Counted from the stretch's first letter, positions 48,587 to 58,713 are shown. The stretch is DNA of 64,000 nucleotides from a virus (IMGVR_UViG_3300034280_000607:5338-69337), one strand, 5' to 3'. Notes: generated by a model not told the origin, from the letters alone. Program-made: numbers and translations.

Positions 48587-49504
48587 TTAACTCTGTAACA
48601 CAGCTATTTGTACAGATTGACTAGTGTTTACCACTACATTAGTAAAGGTGAGTGTTGAACTTGATGCTTGTGCCGTTTGTGTTTGAGCAACACCATTGCT
48701 ACCAGTTAAGCGTATCACTCTTGGACTAGATAAAGCAGGATTGCTGTATGAAACAGTTATGTTAAATGTACCTATTTGATTGGTTCTAAAATAGCCCAGT
48801 CCTGAGAATGATATTGGAAGATTAACACCGCTTTCATAAGTTACAGCTACACCATTAACACTTACAGCAGATATTGTTACTCCTGAAAATGCAGCGTTAC
48901 TAACAACTACAGATGGATTAGTAGATATACAACTACCAACAGTCATAGAACCCACTCCTGTTCCATTTGTACAATTTACAGTATCAATTTGAAGTTTATA
49001 TGTAACAGCACTTCCTGATGTATTTGTTAGTGTGTAAAAACTAGGACTAGTAACACCAGCACCAGCACCTGTTTGAGTGTAAGTAAAAGCTTGAATTACG
49101 CTATTACTATTATTTAATAAAGCACCTGTAATTGTTCTAGTTCCTGTTCCAGAATAATAAAATCCATATAAATTAACAGTAGTGGAAAATCCAGTGGCTA
49201 ATGTAAATGTAGATGTTTGACCAGAAGAACAATTTGCAGTGGCAAGAGTAGTTCCGGAAGTGCAAGGATCTGCTATAAAACTTGAAAAAGTTGTCAAAGA
49301 TGAATAAAGACCTGCACCACAATCTGCTTCTATTGTACCTTGATATGCACTACCACTCAATCCTGTAATATTTACAGGAGAAGAAGAAGGATTGGGAGAA
49401 ACAGTAAATATATTTGATGGATCTGAAGCAAGCCAATATATCACTCTATAACCATTTGCAGGCGGTGATACAGGAGGAGTAAATGATACAGTTAATGTAG
49501 CCAT
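48587..49504 (-). CDS. FN3/Ig-like structural protein
   Basis: LTVSFTPP...NGYRVIYW...ITGL FN3 pattern; Ser/Thr-rich beta composition. Confidence 0.65.
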   Translation of the reverse strand: MATLTVSFTPPVSPPANGYRVIYWLASDPSNIFTVSPNPSSSPVNITGLSGSAYQGTIEADCGAGLYSSLTTFSSFIADPCTSGTTLATANCSSGQTSTFTLATGFSTTVNLYGFYYSGTGTRTITGALLNNSNSVIQAFTYTQTGAGAGVTSPSFYTLTNTSGSAVTYKLQIDTVNCTNGTGVGSMTVGSCISTNPSVVVSNAAFSGVTISAVSVNGVAVTYESGVNLPISFSGLGYFRTNQIGTFNITVSYSNPALSSPRVIRLTGSNGVAQTQTAQASSSTLTFTNVVVNTSQSVQIAVLQS

Positions 49505-49514
49505 AGCTATTTAG

Positions 49515-49943
49515 TTATGAAAGACAACTTGTATTTAAATCAGTGAATGTTCCACCAAGCAATGTACCATCTTTTATACAGATACTTTGTGGTGTACTTG
49601 CATTATTTATAATCTGTAACTGTTCAGATCCACCACAAGCAACATAATAGTAAACAGCAGTTTGTAAAAGAGTAACTTGTCTACAATTATCAGAACTAGA
49701 AGAAACAGCAAAGTTAATAGGAGAACCAAAATTTCCTCCACCACAATCAGCTTGTATAGTACCTTCAATATTAAAACAAGTGGGTACACCAGCTATAATA
49801 ATAGGATTCTGATTTTGAGTGACAGTATTCCAATTTACTTCTCCTACAACTCTCCATTTAACTAAGTATCCATTCACAGGAGCTATAGTAGGTGCTGTAA
49901 AACTAACTTGCAATGTTTTATATGTGTTACAAGGAAGAGACAT
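49515..49943 (-). CDS. FN3-like Cys-rich structural protein
   Basis: LQVSFTAP...NGYLVKWR; shares GTI.ADCG.G with the neighbouring gene (paralogue). Confidence 0.65.
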   Translation of the reverse strand: MSLPCNTYKTLQVSFTAPTIAPVNGYLVKWRVVGEVNWNTVTQNQNPIIIAGVPTCFNIEGTIQADCGGGNFGSPINFAVSSSSDNCRQVTLLQTAVYYYVACGGSEQLQIINNASTPQSICIKDGTLLGGTFTDLNTSCLS

Positions 49944-49960
49944 AGTAAATTTAGTTTATT

Positions 49961-50614
49961 TTATACAACAGTTCCTGTTCCAACAGTAACAACAGAACCC
50001 GTAAATGCTTTAAATGACTGAGGAATGTTTTTAGCAACAGCAATATTAAAAATTTCATGATTACTTCCTGTTGCTCTAACTACAGTGGCTCCTCCTGAAA
50101 GAGCAGTGGTTGGAGCATTAGCAACTGTAAATGTAGTGTTGCCAGGAATACTTATAACAATAGCACCGTTACCAGCAAAAGCTCCTACACCTGCAATAAC
50201 TTCTAATGTCATTCCTATTGCAAGATTGGTTGTAGAACCCACTGTTATTGTTGTACCAGAACTTGTAGCACCGGCTGTAGATACATAGACAGGACCCAAT
50301 CCTAAATAACTAACATTAAAAGCAGGATTACCAACAGCAGTTGTAGTGTTAGTTGCAGTGTAAGTAGTTAAAGGAATAGTTGGTGTTATTACACCATTCA
50401 GCACTTTATGAAGTTTTGTTAGTATAGTGATAAGTCTATCATTATTACTTACACCAAGTGCAGGAAGATTAGGTCCTTTATATAAAACACAAGGTGCTTC
50501 ACTTATTTCTTCACAAGGTTCTCCACCAGGACAATCCGGAAGAACATAACTTACAGATGATCCGTAACTAGAGCAACAAGGTTCACAAGGTGTATGTGTG
50601 CATCCGCAAGACAT
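49961..50614 (-). CDS. Cys-rich structural/fibre protein
   Basis: N-terminus MSCGCTHTPCEPCC; CVLYKGPNLP motif shared with 51190..52419. Confidence 0.6.
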   Translation of the reverse strand: MSCGCTHTPCEPCCSSYGSSVSYVLPDCPGGEPCEEISEAPCVLYKGPNLPALGVSNNDRLITILTKLHKVLNGVITPTIPLTTYTATNTTTAVGNPAFNVSYLGLGPVYVSTAGATSSGTTITVGSTTNLAIGMTLEVIAGVGAFAGNGAIVISIPGNTTFTVANAPTTALSGGATVVRATGSNHEIFNIAVAKNIPQSFKAFTGSVVTVGTGTVV

Positions 50615-50639
50615 AGTGTATATTATTTAATGTTTTTAA

Positions 50640-51188
50640 TTATGATAGGGTAGCTGTAACACCAGTGGGAGGATTACATGTAGGATTTGCAGTGGTGGTA
50701 GCACTTACAAAAGAACAGTTTGTCTTACTAAAAGTTCCTGCAGTTATTTCTATACGTATTTTATAATTTGTACTTGCTGTAAGTCCTGTAAAAGAACCCG
50801 TTCTTGTTGTTGTTCCAGAGGGTGTTTGAGAAGATATTAATGTAGTTCCTGTAGTATCAAATATTTTAGCCGTATAAGCAGTTATGGAAGAGGTCGTATC
50901 ATGAGAAAATGAGTAACCAATAGTAGTACTTGATGGATTGGTATTGACAGTTGGACAAAGTATATTAATTTGTTGTGTAGCGGCAGATGTTGATATACCT
51001 CCTGCACAGTTTGTAACCACTCTAAAATCATATATTCTATTATCTAACAAACCATTTATAGTTGCTGTAGCAACACCAGCAGCTACATTAGAATGTGTAG
51101 TCCAAATAGTTGGCTCAGTAGATAACTTATACTGAACATCTTGATTTGATGCACTAGCTCCAGGTGTCCATGTTAATGTAATATTCAT
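50640..51188 (-). CDS. fibronectin type III repeat protein
   Basis: Two FN3 units: ITLTWT...INGLLDNRIYDFRV and FTGLTASTNYKIRI. Confidence 0.75.
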   Translation of the reverse strand: MNITLTWTPGASASNQDVQYKLSTEPTIWTTHSNVAAGVATATINGLLDNRIYDFRVVTNCAGGISTSAATQQINILCPTVNTNPSSTTIGYSFSHDTTSSITAYTAKIFDTTGTTLISSQTPSGTTTRTGSFTGLTASTNYKIRIEITAGTFSKTNCSFVSATTTANPTCNPPTGVTATLS

Positions 51189-51189
51189 A

Positions 51190-52419
51190 TTATACTAAAG
51201 TTGCGGTTACACCAGTCACAATAGGACAAGGTACAGAAATATTTTTAACAATAGACTTGTTACATACATTACTGTTTTTAGAAATAAATGCATTTACAGT
51301 GACTGTATAAGGCATTGATGTATTAAGAGGTGTTCCTACAACAGAACCACCAGCTACAATACATGTATAAGGAGTAGAGTTAGCAGCCTCTGTAACTATA
51401 TTGATAGTGTATGTTTTACTATTTGTACCATCAGAAATAGTAATTGTAGTATTTTGTAAAGCTTGTATGAAACCAGAAGGTATAACTGTTGTAGGATTAA
51501 AGTCAAGATATACTTCTTGACGATTTGCATTAGCTGAGGCAGTGTATTCAAGAATAAATCCTGAACAATCAGATTGTCCACAACAATTTTTAAGATCGGC
51601 TATAACTGCTCTCATATCACATACAGTAATCCAAAGATTCTGCATTGCTTGTGACATATTAGTAACAGTTGTGTTCCAACCTGATATTGAAGACATTGTA
51701 CTAGCTTGACTAAGAGCGTTTGCAGAACTTAAAGCTATACATTGTTGAGAAGCAGCAGCTGTAATCTGTGAGTTAGATCCTAAAGCAGTTCTAAGAAGAC
51801 AATACTCTTCTTCTAGTTTATCCAATACAACAGACATTGCTGTTGGTGTAGAAGGAAGAATACAGTTAGGAGTAACTGTTGGTAGAGAAGGAGCTGTAAT
51901 GTTTTCTAATGCTGTAATCCTTGCATTATGACTAGTAAGGGTTGTAGCATGAGAATCAACTGTTGCTTTTAAAGAACAATATTGATTAGCAATACGTAAA
52001 GTGTATTGATTATGAATAAGTTGTGTTACTGTCAATCCAGTGCCGCCATCTACATATTGTAGACAAGTGGGTAATGGTAAGGTAGGTTCTGTATAAGGTG
52101 TACCACCAGCTGCAGGAATTAAATCTTCAAGACAACAAATCTTTCTTACAATAAAGTCCAATACAGCCGAGAGGGTTTTTGTAGTGGGTGCCGGATTTGC
52201 AGAAGAGCAAAATGTAACCAAACAAGCAAGGTCCAAATTGGTCAAATCCAGAGTAGACTTAATAGTGCACAAGTCTGTAGCTACCTTGTAAACTACATCA
52301 GAAACAGTGTCACCGTTGCAGAGGTTAAGACAGGGAATATCAGGACCCTGCCATACGACACAGTTAGAAGAAACAGGAATACAACCCTGCTCGGCAGTAT
52401 TGGATTTCACAGGTAACAT
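51190..52419 (-). CDS. Cys-rich coiled-coil structural/fibre protein
   Basis: CVVWQGPDIPCL motif, HNARITALEN heptads and many Cys. Confidence 0.65.
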   Translation of the reverse strand: MLPVKSNTAEQGCIPVSSNCVVWQGPDIPCLNLCNGDTVSDVVYKVATDLCTIKSTLDLTNLDLACLVTFCSSANPAPTTKTLSAVLDFIVRKICCLEDLIPAAGGTPYTEPTLPLPTCLQYVDGGTGLTVTQLIHNQYTLRIANQYCSLKATVDSHATTLTSHNARITALENITAPSLPTVTPNCILPSTPTAMSVVLDKLEEEYCLLRTALGSNSQITAAASQQCIALSSANALSQASTMSSISGWNTTVTNMSQAMQNLWITVCDMRAVIADLKNCCGQSDCSGFILEYTASANANRQEVYLDFNPTTVIPSGFIQALQNTTITISDGTNSKTYTINIVTEAANSTPYTCIVAGGSVVGTPLNTSMPYTVTVNAFISKNSNVCNKSIVKNISVPCPIVTGVTATLV

Positions 52420-52439
52420 AGTATATAGGATATATTAAA

Positions 52440-52742
52440 TTAAATAAATGTACCACCCACTTCGTCTAAAAACAGTTCTTCTGCTTTAACAAAAGCTTCA
52501 TCAAATTCATTACATAAATAAGTTTTAGAAATAACATCTACAGGTTGTCCACCAGCATCTTTAGAATCAAGTGATGCATATATATTAAAATTTGCATATA
52601 AGTTTGCTTGTCCTTGAGCAGGTGGTTGAGAAAGAGGTGGCATCATACCTCCTATTTTAGACTTTGTAACAGATGTTACTGAAGCTACTGCTTCGGGAAA
52701 AAGATATTTATATCTGTCTGAATTAAATGAAAATTGTACCAT
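52440..52742 (-). CDS. hypothetical protein
   Basis: 100-aa ORF following a promoter-like element. Confidence 0.6.
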   Translation of the reverse strand: MVQFSFNSDRYKYLFPEAVASVTSVTKSKIGGMMPPLSQPPAQGQANLYANFNIYASLDSKDAGGQPVDVISKTYLCNEFDEAFVKAEELFLDEVGGTFI

Positions 52743-52767
52743 ATATTGTAGTTTAAATTAGATGTAG

Positions 52768-52792
52768 TCTACACTATAATATACAAAATTCT
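52768..52792 (-). promoter_or_regulatory. putative late-promoter core, partial third copy
   Basis: TCTACACTATAATATACAAAATTCT (+ strand) matches the core of the 33257 and 47053 elements and lies just after a terminator. Confidence 0.45.
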
Positions 52793-52809
52793 AAAGACAG
52801 TACCAAAAT

Positions 52810-52841
52810 AAAAAACACTCTCATTTCTGAGAGTGTTTTTT
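52810..52841 (-). terminator. Rho-independent terminator (bidirectional form)
   Basis: AAAAAACACTCTCA-tttc-TGAGAGTGTTTTTT. Confidence 0.85.
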
Positions 52842-52867
52842 ACTAAACACTAAGAAGCACACACTAA

Positions 52868-53389
52868 TTACCTTGGGGTCATTGGCACAACATTATCCGT
52901 AGTTTCGGTAGCAACAAGTTTAAAAAATACAGTGTAATTTTCAGAAGTTTCTACTTTTTCTAGCTCAGAAAGCTTAATAGGTTTGTATTCCACATCTTTT
53001 TCTGTTTGTAAAAACTCATTAAATTCTTTCTCAAACTGCTGAAAGTCGGGGTTAAATTTTCTACGTACAGTTTCTTTACCTTCAGAATTTACATCTTTGT
53101 AAGGAACACCTTCTTCATCTAAGTCTTCTACTAACATTGGAATAGTGATGGAGCCATTTTCATCTTCTTTTCCATACTTTTTAATAAGGTCATTTTTGAT
53201 TTGTTCTATAGCTTGTTTTTCAGCAGCCACTTTTTTAGCAAGATCTGAAATCCAGTATTTTGTTACAAGAGAAAGTTTTTCTCCAAGTAATCCAGAAGAA
53301 AGTTTTTCACCAGTGCCCTGGTTAACAATACCGTTTAGTTCTGCATCTAAATTATAGAACTCGTGTAATTTTAATGTAATTTTTTGCAT
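52868..53389 (-). CDS. hypothetical protein (DUF1617-like / possible tail chaperone)
   Basis: LIKKYGKEDENG...FNEFL..E pattern; flanked by its own promoter and terminator. Confidence 0.55.
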   Translation of the reverse strand: MQKITLKLHEFYNLDAELNGIVNQGTGEKLSSGLLGEKLSLVTKYWISDLAKKVAAEKQAIEQIKNDLIKKYGKEDENGSITIPMLVEDLDEEGVPYKDVNSEGKETVRRKFNPDFQQFEKEFNEFLQTEKDVEYKPIKLSELEKVETSENYTVFFKLVATETTDNVVPMTPR

Positions 53390-53411
53390 AAAATAGGTTT
53401 AATGTGTATAC

Positions 53412-53419
53412 CAAAGATA
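53412..53419 (-). promoter_or_regulatory. Bacteroidota-type -7 box (TATCTTTG)
   Basis: Exact TAnnTTTG match on the minus strand, ending 22 nt before the 53389 ATG. Confidence 0.55.
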
Positions 53420-53467
53420 AATATTATCTAGAATATTTATACTATATAAGTTTTCAACACATGTGAA

Positions 53468-53812
53468 TTAAAATTCATCCGAAGAAGCCGTAACATCAGT
53501 CGGACCTGTTGGATATAAAGCACCTGAACTTAAACTAGTACCAGGAGAACCAGTACTACTATTTGAATATAATGCACCAGTGTTATCTGTAACTGTAAGA
53601 TCTACCAACGCTGTTAAAAATGTATTAGATGTTGCATCCAGTGTTATAATAATATAATCACCAGGAGAGTAACTAAAATTACCACTTTGAGTTGATGATA
53701 CATTTACAATATTGGTTCCGTTCTTAGATATTTGCATAGATCCGCTTAATGCAGTCATAGTGTATGACCATGAAACATTATAGGATTCAAAAACTTTTAC
53801 TTGTATTGCCAT
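53468..53812 (-). CDS. small beta-rich tail accessory protein
   Basis: 114 aa, Ser/Thr-rich, in the tail-fibre operon. Confidence 0.55.
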   Translation of the reverse strand: MAIQVKVFESYNVSWSYTMTALSGSMQISKNGTNIVNVSSTQSGNFSYSPGDYIIITLDATSNTFLTALVDLTVTDNTGALYSNSSTGSPGTSLSSGALYPTGPTDVTASSDEF

Positions 53813-53821
53813 TTTATATAG

Positions 53822-54415
53822 TTAAGTACAACTTTTATGAATTACAACATAAAGATACTGACCTTTTGAACTATCATAAATATAATTGTAGTTAAAACTA
53901 ACTGTAAGAGATGTACCAAAAGTAGTTCTATCGTTTTCATAAACTTTAGTAGCACCACCTGTACCACCATTGCCATTACTACTCCAAGGTTTACCATACC
54001 ATACAAAAATGATTTGAACACCATTAAAATCTGTACTATTACCTGTTATTGAAATAGTATAATTTTTATTTGATGTTCCTACATCAAATACAATCATTGA
54101 ACTATCATAGCAGGAACACGCACTTCCTCCACCTGATGAAAAAAATAAATCACGATCTGTTCCATCACTAGCATAGGATAAAGTGTGGTTATAACCATAC
54201 CAACTTGACATTTGAATATTTGTACAGGTTGTTGTGTATTTTCCTGTATTAGAAGAATGTACATTTATAGGAGCATAATAAGGATTACTTGTTGGAGTTG
54301 GATAAAAAGCATTGCCAAAAGCCCATGATCCAAATTTGTAATCTGTCATTGTTGACTGAGCCATTTCAACCCTAACGTCATTAAAACTTATTTGTCCGCT
54401 AGCTGGTAGTGCCAT
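53822..54415 (-). CDS. tail-fibre-associated adhesin-like protein
   Basis: MALPASGQISFNDVRVEM N-terminus, typical of genes that follow S74-bearing fibres; overlaps the fibre stop. Confidence 0.6.
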   Translation of the reverse strand: MALPASGQISFNDVRVEMAQSTMTDYKFGSWAFGNAFYPTPTSNPYYAPINVHSSNTGKYTTTCTNIQMSSWYGYNHTLSYASDGTDRDLFFSSGGGSACSCYDSSMIVFDVGTSNKNYTISITGNSTDFNGVQIIFVWYGKPWSSNGNGGTGGATKVYENDRTTFGTSLTVSFNYNYIYDSSKGQYLYVVIHKSCT

Positions 54416-57400
54416 AAACTTTTATTTTCAGTTCTTCAATTATAGTTTGTTGCTCTTTTATTGCCTCTATTAATAATGGAACTATTTTTTCGTATTGTAC
54501 AGTTAAATAGTTTTGTCCTGAAATTGAATTATCATATCCATCATTGTCAAATGGTGCCAACTTAACAGCTTCTGGTAATATTGATTGAACTTCTTGTGCA
54601 TATACTCCAACATGTTTAACTACTACATCAAAACCAGCTAACTTATTTGCTCTGTCGTTCCAATTATATATAAAGCCTGTTAGAGACTTAACTTTTTCTA
54701 ATGGATTTGAAATTTTTTTTATATTTGTTTTAAGACGCATATCTGAAGAATATGCTACAATATCATTTGAAGCATCAATTCTTCCATCTGTTGCATTTGG
54801 ATTAACATTAACACCTAAAGCACCAGATGTTATTTTTTGGTCTCCAACTATTTCTAACTTATAAGCAGGACTTGCCGTTCCGATACCTACGTTGCCCGCA
54901 GAAGGTTGTAAAATTAAACCGTTGTTATTATAAATATATCTTAAAAAGTTATTACCAGCAGTACCATAAAAATTTATAGTGTTTCCAGAATCGTATCTTG
55001 ATTCTATATCAAAATAATAAATACTTGGATCTGATTCTGTAGATAATCTAAGCTTAACTCCATTTCCTTGTACATTTAATTTTGTAGCTGGACTTGTCGT
55101 ACCTATACCTACGTTGCCTAATTCTCCAATAGTCAGTTTAGCATCACTAAGTGTAGCAGAAGCTGCACCAGTTGAAGGTCCGTTTAAAATATGAACTTTT
55201 CCTGCTGCATTTCCCCCTCCACCACTATTATCAGTTCTTTCAAAAACTATAGCCGACTTTCTATAAAGTGTATTGTTTTCTCTATAACCAAAATGAATTC
55301 CCGACCAATTACCTACACCCATTAGAGAAGCAAAACTTGCATAGCCATTAGTTGGAGTAACCACATCTAAAATACTTTGGGGACTTGTCGTACCTATTCC
55401 AAAATTACCGGCATTTATATAACTATTAGAAGTATTATTGGCATTTAATTGTATATTACTTGTACCTCCTTTATATAAATCCAAAATACCATGTGCTGAT
55501 ACACTAGTACCACTAGCTGAAACTGTAAAAACAGTTGATGTATTATTATAATTAACATTTAGATATATAGAGTCATTATATCCAACAACGGTCGTAGCAC
55601 CCGCAATGAATTTTTCATAACTTGTTCCTGGGTTATCTCTTACAGAAACTCTACCTGATGACTCCAATAAAATACTTGAAGCTACTACACCTCCCCAGTG
55701 GAATCCTAATTGTGGTGCATAAATCACATTTGTATTACCACTACCTCCTGAATTTTCTCTTATTTGCCAGTTTTGTGTGTAAGCAATTCCTGTTGATGTG
55801 GATTGTATATATGAACCTCCAGTTCCAAGTATAATAGGAGTAGAAATAGCACCTACAGTAGCTGTTCCACTTAGGTTTAAAGTGACTGCTTCTAATGTAG
55901 TGATATTTGTAATATTCCATGCACCCATGTTTATATGACCTCCCATAGTGCCACCACTTAAGGGTAAAGCATAAGAACTGTAATTACCACTATCTAATAC
56001 AGTTCTCCATGATTGCCATGTCCCATTATTTTTACCTCTAATAGCTATCTGCCCTGTTCTATAATCACCATATATTTGATGTTGCCAAACTGAACTGTAA
56101 GCTTGGGAAAATAATGCACCATCTGATTGTCCAAATAATGATATATTAGTTCCAACATAACTAATACCATTACTATTAATGCTATCTGCAGCAGTCGCGG
56201 AGTTTGATCCGGTATTAACAAAACTCCATCCATCTATATTATCTGCTGAAGTAGCAGTTGCAGCATTACCTGTAATGTTTATACTCCATGTACCACTTGC
56301 ACCAGTACCTGTTAAGGTTGGAGAATATGAGTTATAATTAGCTGAATGTAAAACATCTACAAAATTAGAATAAGCAGTAGCAGATCCAAAAGACTGCTGG
56401 TATATTCTCATACCAATAGCATCTTTGCGGAACAAGACTAAATTATCATTACCTCCAGAACCATCTAAATAAGATCTTAGATGTAAAAAGTCAGCATATG
56501 GTGCTGTATTATTATTAGCCCATGAGGTAAATCCAAATCTTAATTCAGAAGCACTTTCAGAGTTTGGAGCTATTGTTCTTATGTCTCTAGAAGTAAGTCT
56601 AGCAGCAGCTCCAGTAATACTAGCAGATGATGTAATGTAACCAGGGCCGTTAGTTAACTGATTAAGATTAGTTAGATTACCGGAATCCCAAATTGTATTA
56701 CCTAATGCAGTTGGCCGGCTTCTTACAAAATTTACTACACCTCCATTAGATATGCTAATAGCTGTTTTAGAACCACTAACATATGCATCTGTAGTAGCAA
56801 TGTACATTATTGTACCAAAATTACCTCCTGATATTACATATATTCCAGCTTGGGCAGTAGTTCCAGAAGAACTGTCTCTTGCACCAAATGTAATTGCAGG
56901 TCCAAAATCTGTTGTAACACTAGCAGCTCCTAAATGCAAACCACCATTAGCTGTACCTGGAGTAGTAGCATTCCATGCTGCTAAACTTCCTTGTAAAACA
57001 ATAGGCGTAGAAGTAGTAGCCCCACGCCCAGTTACTGTTGCTAAAGTATCAGACTCAGCAGTTAAAAATGCAGGAGCACCAGTAATTTTAGACCATCCAA
57101 GAGAAGTTATCCATGCTGGGTTTGCATAAGATCCAGTAGTATAAACTCCATCAGTGACAGTTCCAGAATTTCCATCTATGGAAACACCTGTTAATGTTTG
57201 TGCTGCACTGGCTCGTCCAAGTGATATTGAGGTAGTACCTATATTAAAAGAGCTGTTTACTAACATTGCGTTAGTAACCACACCATTTGCAATTGTTGTT
57301 ACTATAGATGTAGTACCAGATCCAGTCACATTTCCAGTTAATGTAATAGTTTGGTTGCCTGTTATATAACCTGCCCCATTAACAAGTTGACTAGTATTAG

Positions 57401-58703
57401 TAGGTATGGTAATAACTCCTGTAGAAGAGTTGTATGCACCACTACCCGCTACAAAACTTAAAGCTGCACGTGCACGCGTGTCTGTGTAATAAAGATTTGT
57501 ACCCTCACTTACATTTGTTGTAGATAGAGAAGGAAGATCTGCTAAAAGTAAAGCTCTAAATGTAGGAACTCCTGCTGATCCGTTTGGAGCAATAAATACT
57601 GTATTAGCTGTTTGTGAAGCTAATGTAACTGTAAATGTACCAGATGTAGTGATGGGAGAACCACTGAGTCCAAATATTCCAGGTAGAGCAATGGCTACAG
57701 ATGTAACTGTACCTGTATTATTTGTATAACCTGATGGGTTGGAAGCTAGATAATAAGTGGCAGTGTCAAGAGAAAATGTTCCAGCACCAGTCATTTTTAC
57801 AAACGGTGTACCTGAAGTCCAAGAAAGAGCAGCTAATCCTGATAGCACAGAACTAGCTTGTTGGGCTCCTATAGTATTATAGCTTATAGTAACTGCTGAA
57901 GATCCATCAAATGTAATACCTGATGAGTTACCACTACCGGAATTATTAAATGTAACAGGATTTGTTGTTGTACCAGAACTACCACCACCTCCACCTGAAG
58001 GGGCTGCCCATGTACCGTCTGCTCTAAGGAAGTTTGTAGTACCTCCCGTTGAAACAGGAACTAACCCTTTTGCAGTAGTTGAGAATAGATCTAATAAAGC
58101 TGTAGCTTGAGTAGCTGTTAATGATTCAACATTCCCAGTACCACCTGTCACTCTACCTAATATAGTGGACGTAGATACTTGAGCAAGTTTTGCTAATGTT
58201 ACAACATTATTAGAAATAACGGTAGATAGGGCTGTATTACCAGAGCCTGTAATATCACCTGAGAGTGTAATAGTCTGATTAGCAGTGAGATAGGTAGTTG
58301 TATCTAATGCAAACGTATTTGCACCAGTCATCTTTACAAAAGGAGTGCCTCCTGAATAAACTAAATTAGTTAGTGCTGTAAGAATAGGTGACTGACCCTG
58401 TGCACCAATAGTGTTATAACTTACTGTTATAGACTGAGATCCATTATAACTAGCACCAGAACTATTACCAGAACCAGTGTTGTTAAATAATACTACATTT
58501 GGGTTAGGACTTGAAGAGGATGGAACATAACTTATTGTAACATCTCCTGTACCAGGATCTATCCCAGTGTATGATATTTCTATATTGGAACCAGCAATGA
58601 TTTTTCTAATCACAGCATGACCAGGACTTATTACGTTTAAGTCCTGTCTAAGTATACCCTGCTCAGGTTGTACTGGTTGTCTTGTTAAAGAAAATATTGA
58701 CAC
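54399..58703 (-). CDS. long tail fibre with C-terminal peptidase S74 intramolecular chaperone
   Basis: GN(V/F)GIGT(T/A)SP repeats; S74 motifs SSDMRLKTNI, GVYAQEV..ILPEAV and VQYEKIVPLLIEAIKEQQ. Confidence 0.88.
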   Translation of the reverse strand: MSIFSLTRQPVQPEQGILRQDLNVISPGHAVIRKIIAGSNIEISYTGIDPGTGDVTISYVPSSSSPNPNVVLFNNTGSGNSSGASYNGSQSITVSYNTIGAQGQSPILTALTNLVYSGGTPFVKMTGANTFALDTTTYLTANQTITLSGDITGSGNTALSTVISNNVVTLAKLAQVSTSTILGRVTGGTGNVESLTATQATALLDLFSTTAKGLVPVSTGGTTNFLRADGTWAAPSGGGGGSSGTTTNPVTFNNSGSGNSSGITFDGSSAVTISYNTIGAQQASSVLSGLAALSWTSGTPFVKMTGAGTFSLDTATYYLASNPSGYTNNTGTVTSVAIALPGIFGLSGSPITTSGTFTVTLASQTANTVFIAPNGSAGVPTFRALLLADLPSLSTTNVSEGTNLYYTDTRARAALSFVAGSGAYNSSTGVITIPTNTSQLVNGAGYITGNQTITLTGNVTGSGTTSIVTTIANGVVTNAMLVNSSFNIGTTSISLGRASAAQTLTGVSIDGNSGTVTDGVYTTGSYANPAWITSLGWSKITGAPAFLTAESDTLATVTGRGATTSTPIVLQGSLAAWNATTPGTANGGLHLGAASVTTDFGPAITFGARDSSSGTTAQAGIYVISGGNFGTIMYIATTDAYVSGSKTAISISNGGVVNFVRSRPTALGNTIWDSGNLTNLNQLTNGPGYITSSASITGAAARLTSRDIRTIAPNSESASELRFGFTSWANNNTAPYADFLHLRSYLDGSGGNDNLVLFRKDAIGMRIYQQSFGSATAYSNFVDVLHSANYNSYSPTLTGTGASGTWSINITGNAATATSADNIDGWSFVNTGSNSATAADSINSNGISYVGTNISLFGQSDGALFSQAYSSVWQHQIYGDYRTGQIAIRGKNNGTWQSWRTVLDSGNYSSYALPLSGGTMGGHINMGAWNITNITTLEAVTLNLSGTATVGAISTPIILGTGGSYIQSTSTGIAYTQNWQIRENSGGSGNTNVIYAPQLGFHWGGVVASSILLESSGRVSVRDNPGTSYEKFIAGATTVVGYNDSIYLNVNYNNTSTVFTVSASGTSVSAHGILDLYKGGTSNIQLNANNTSNSYINAGNFGIGTTSPQSILDVVTPTNGYASFASLMGVGNWSGIHFGYRENNTLYRKSAIVFERTDNSGGGGNAAGKVHILNGPSTGAASATLSDAKLTIGELGNVGIGTTSPATKLNVQGNGVKLRLSTESDPSIYYFDIESRYDSGNTINFYGTAGNNFLRYIYNNNGLILQPSAGNVGIGTASPAYKLEIVGDQKITSGALGVNVNPNATDGRIDASNDIVAYSSDMRLKTNIKKISNPLEKVKSLTGFIYNWNDRANKLAGFDVVVKHVGVYAQEVQSILPEAVKLAPFDNDGYDNSISGQNYLTVQYEKIVPLLIEAIKEQQTIIEELKIKVYGTTS

Positions 58704-58713
58704 GTTAAATTAG

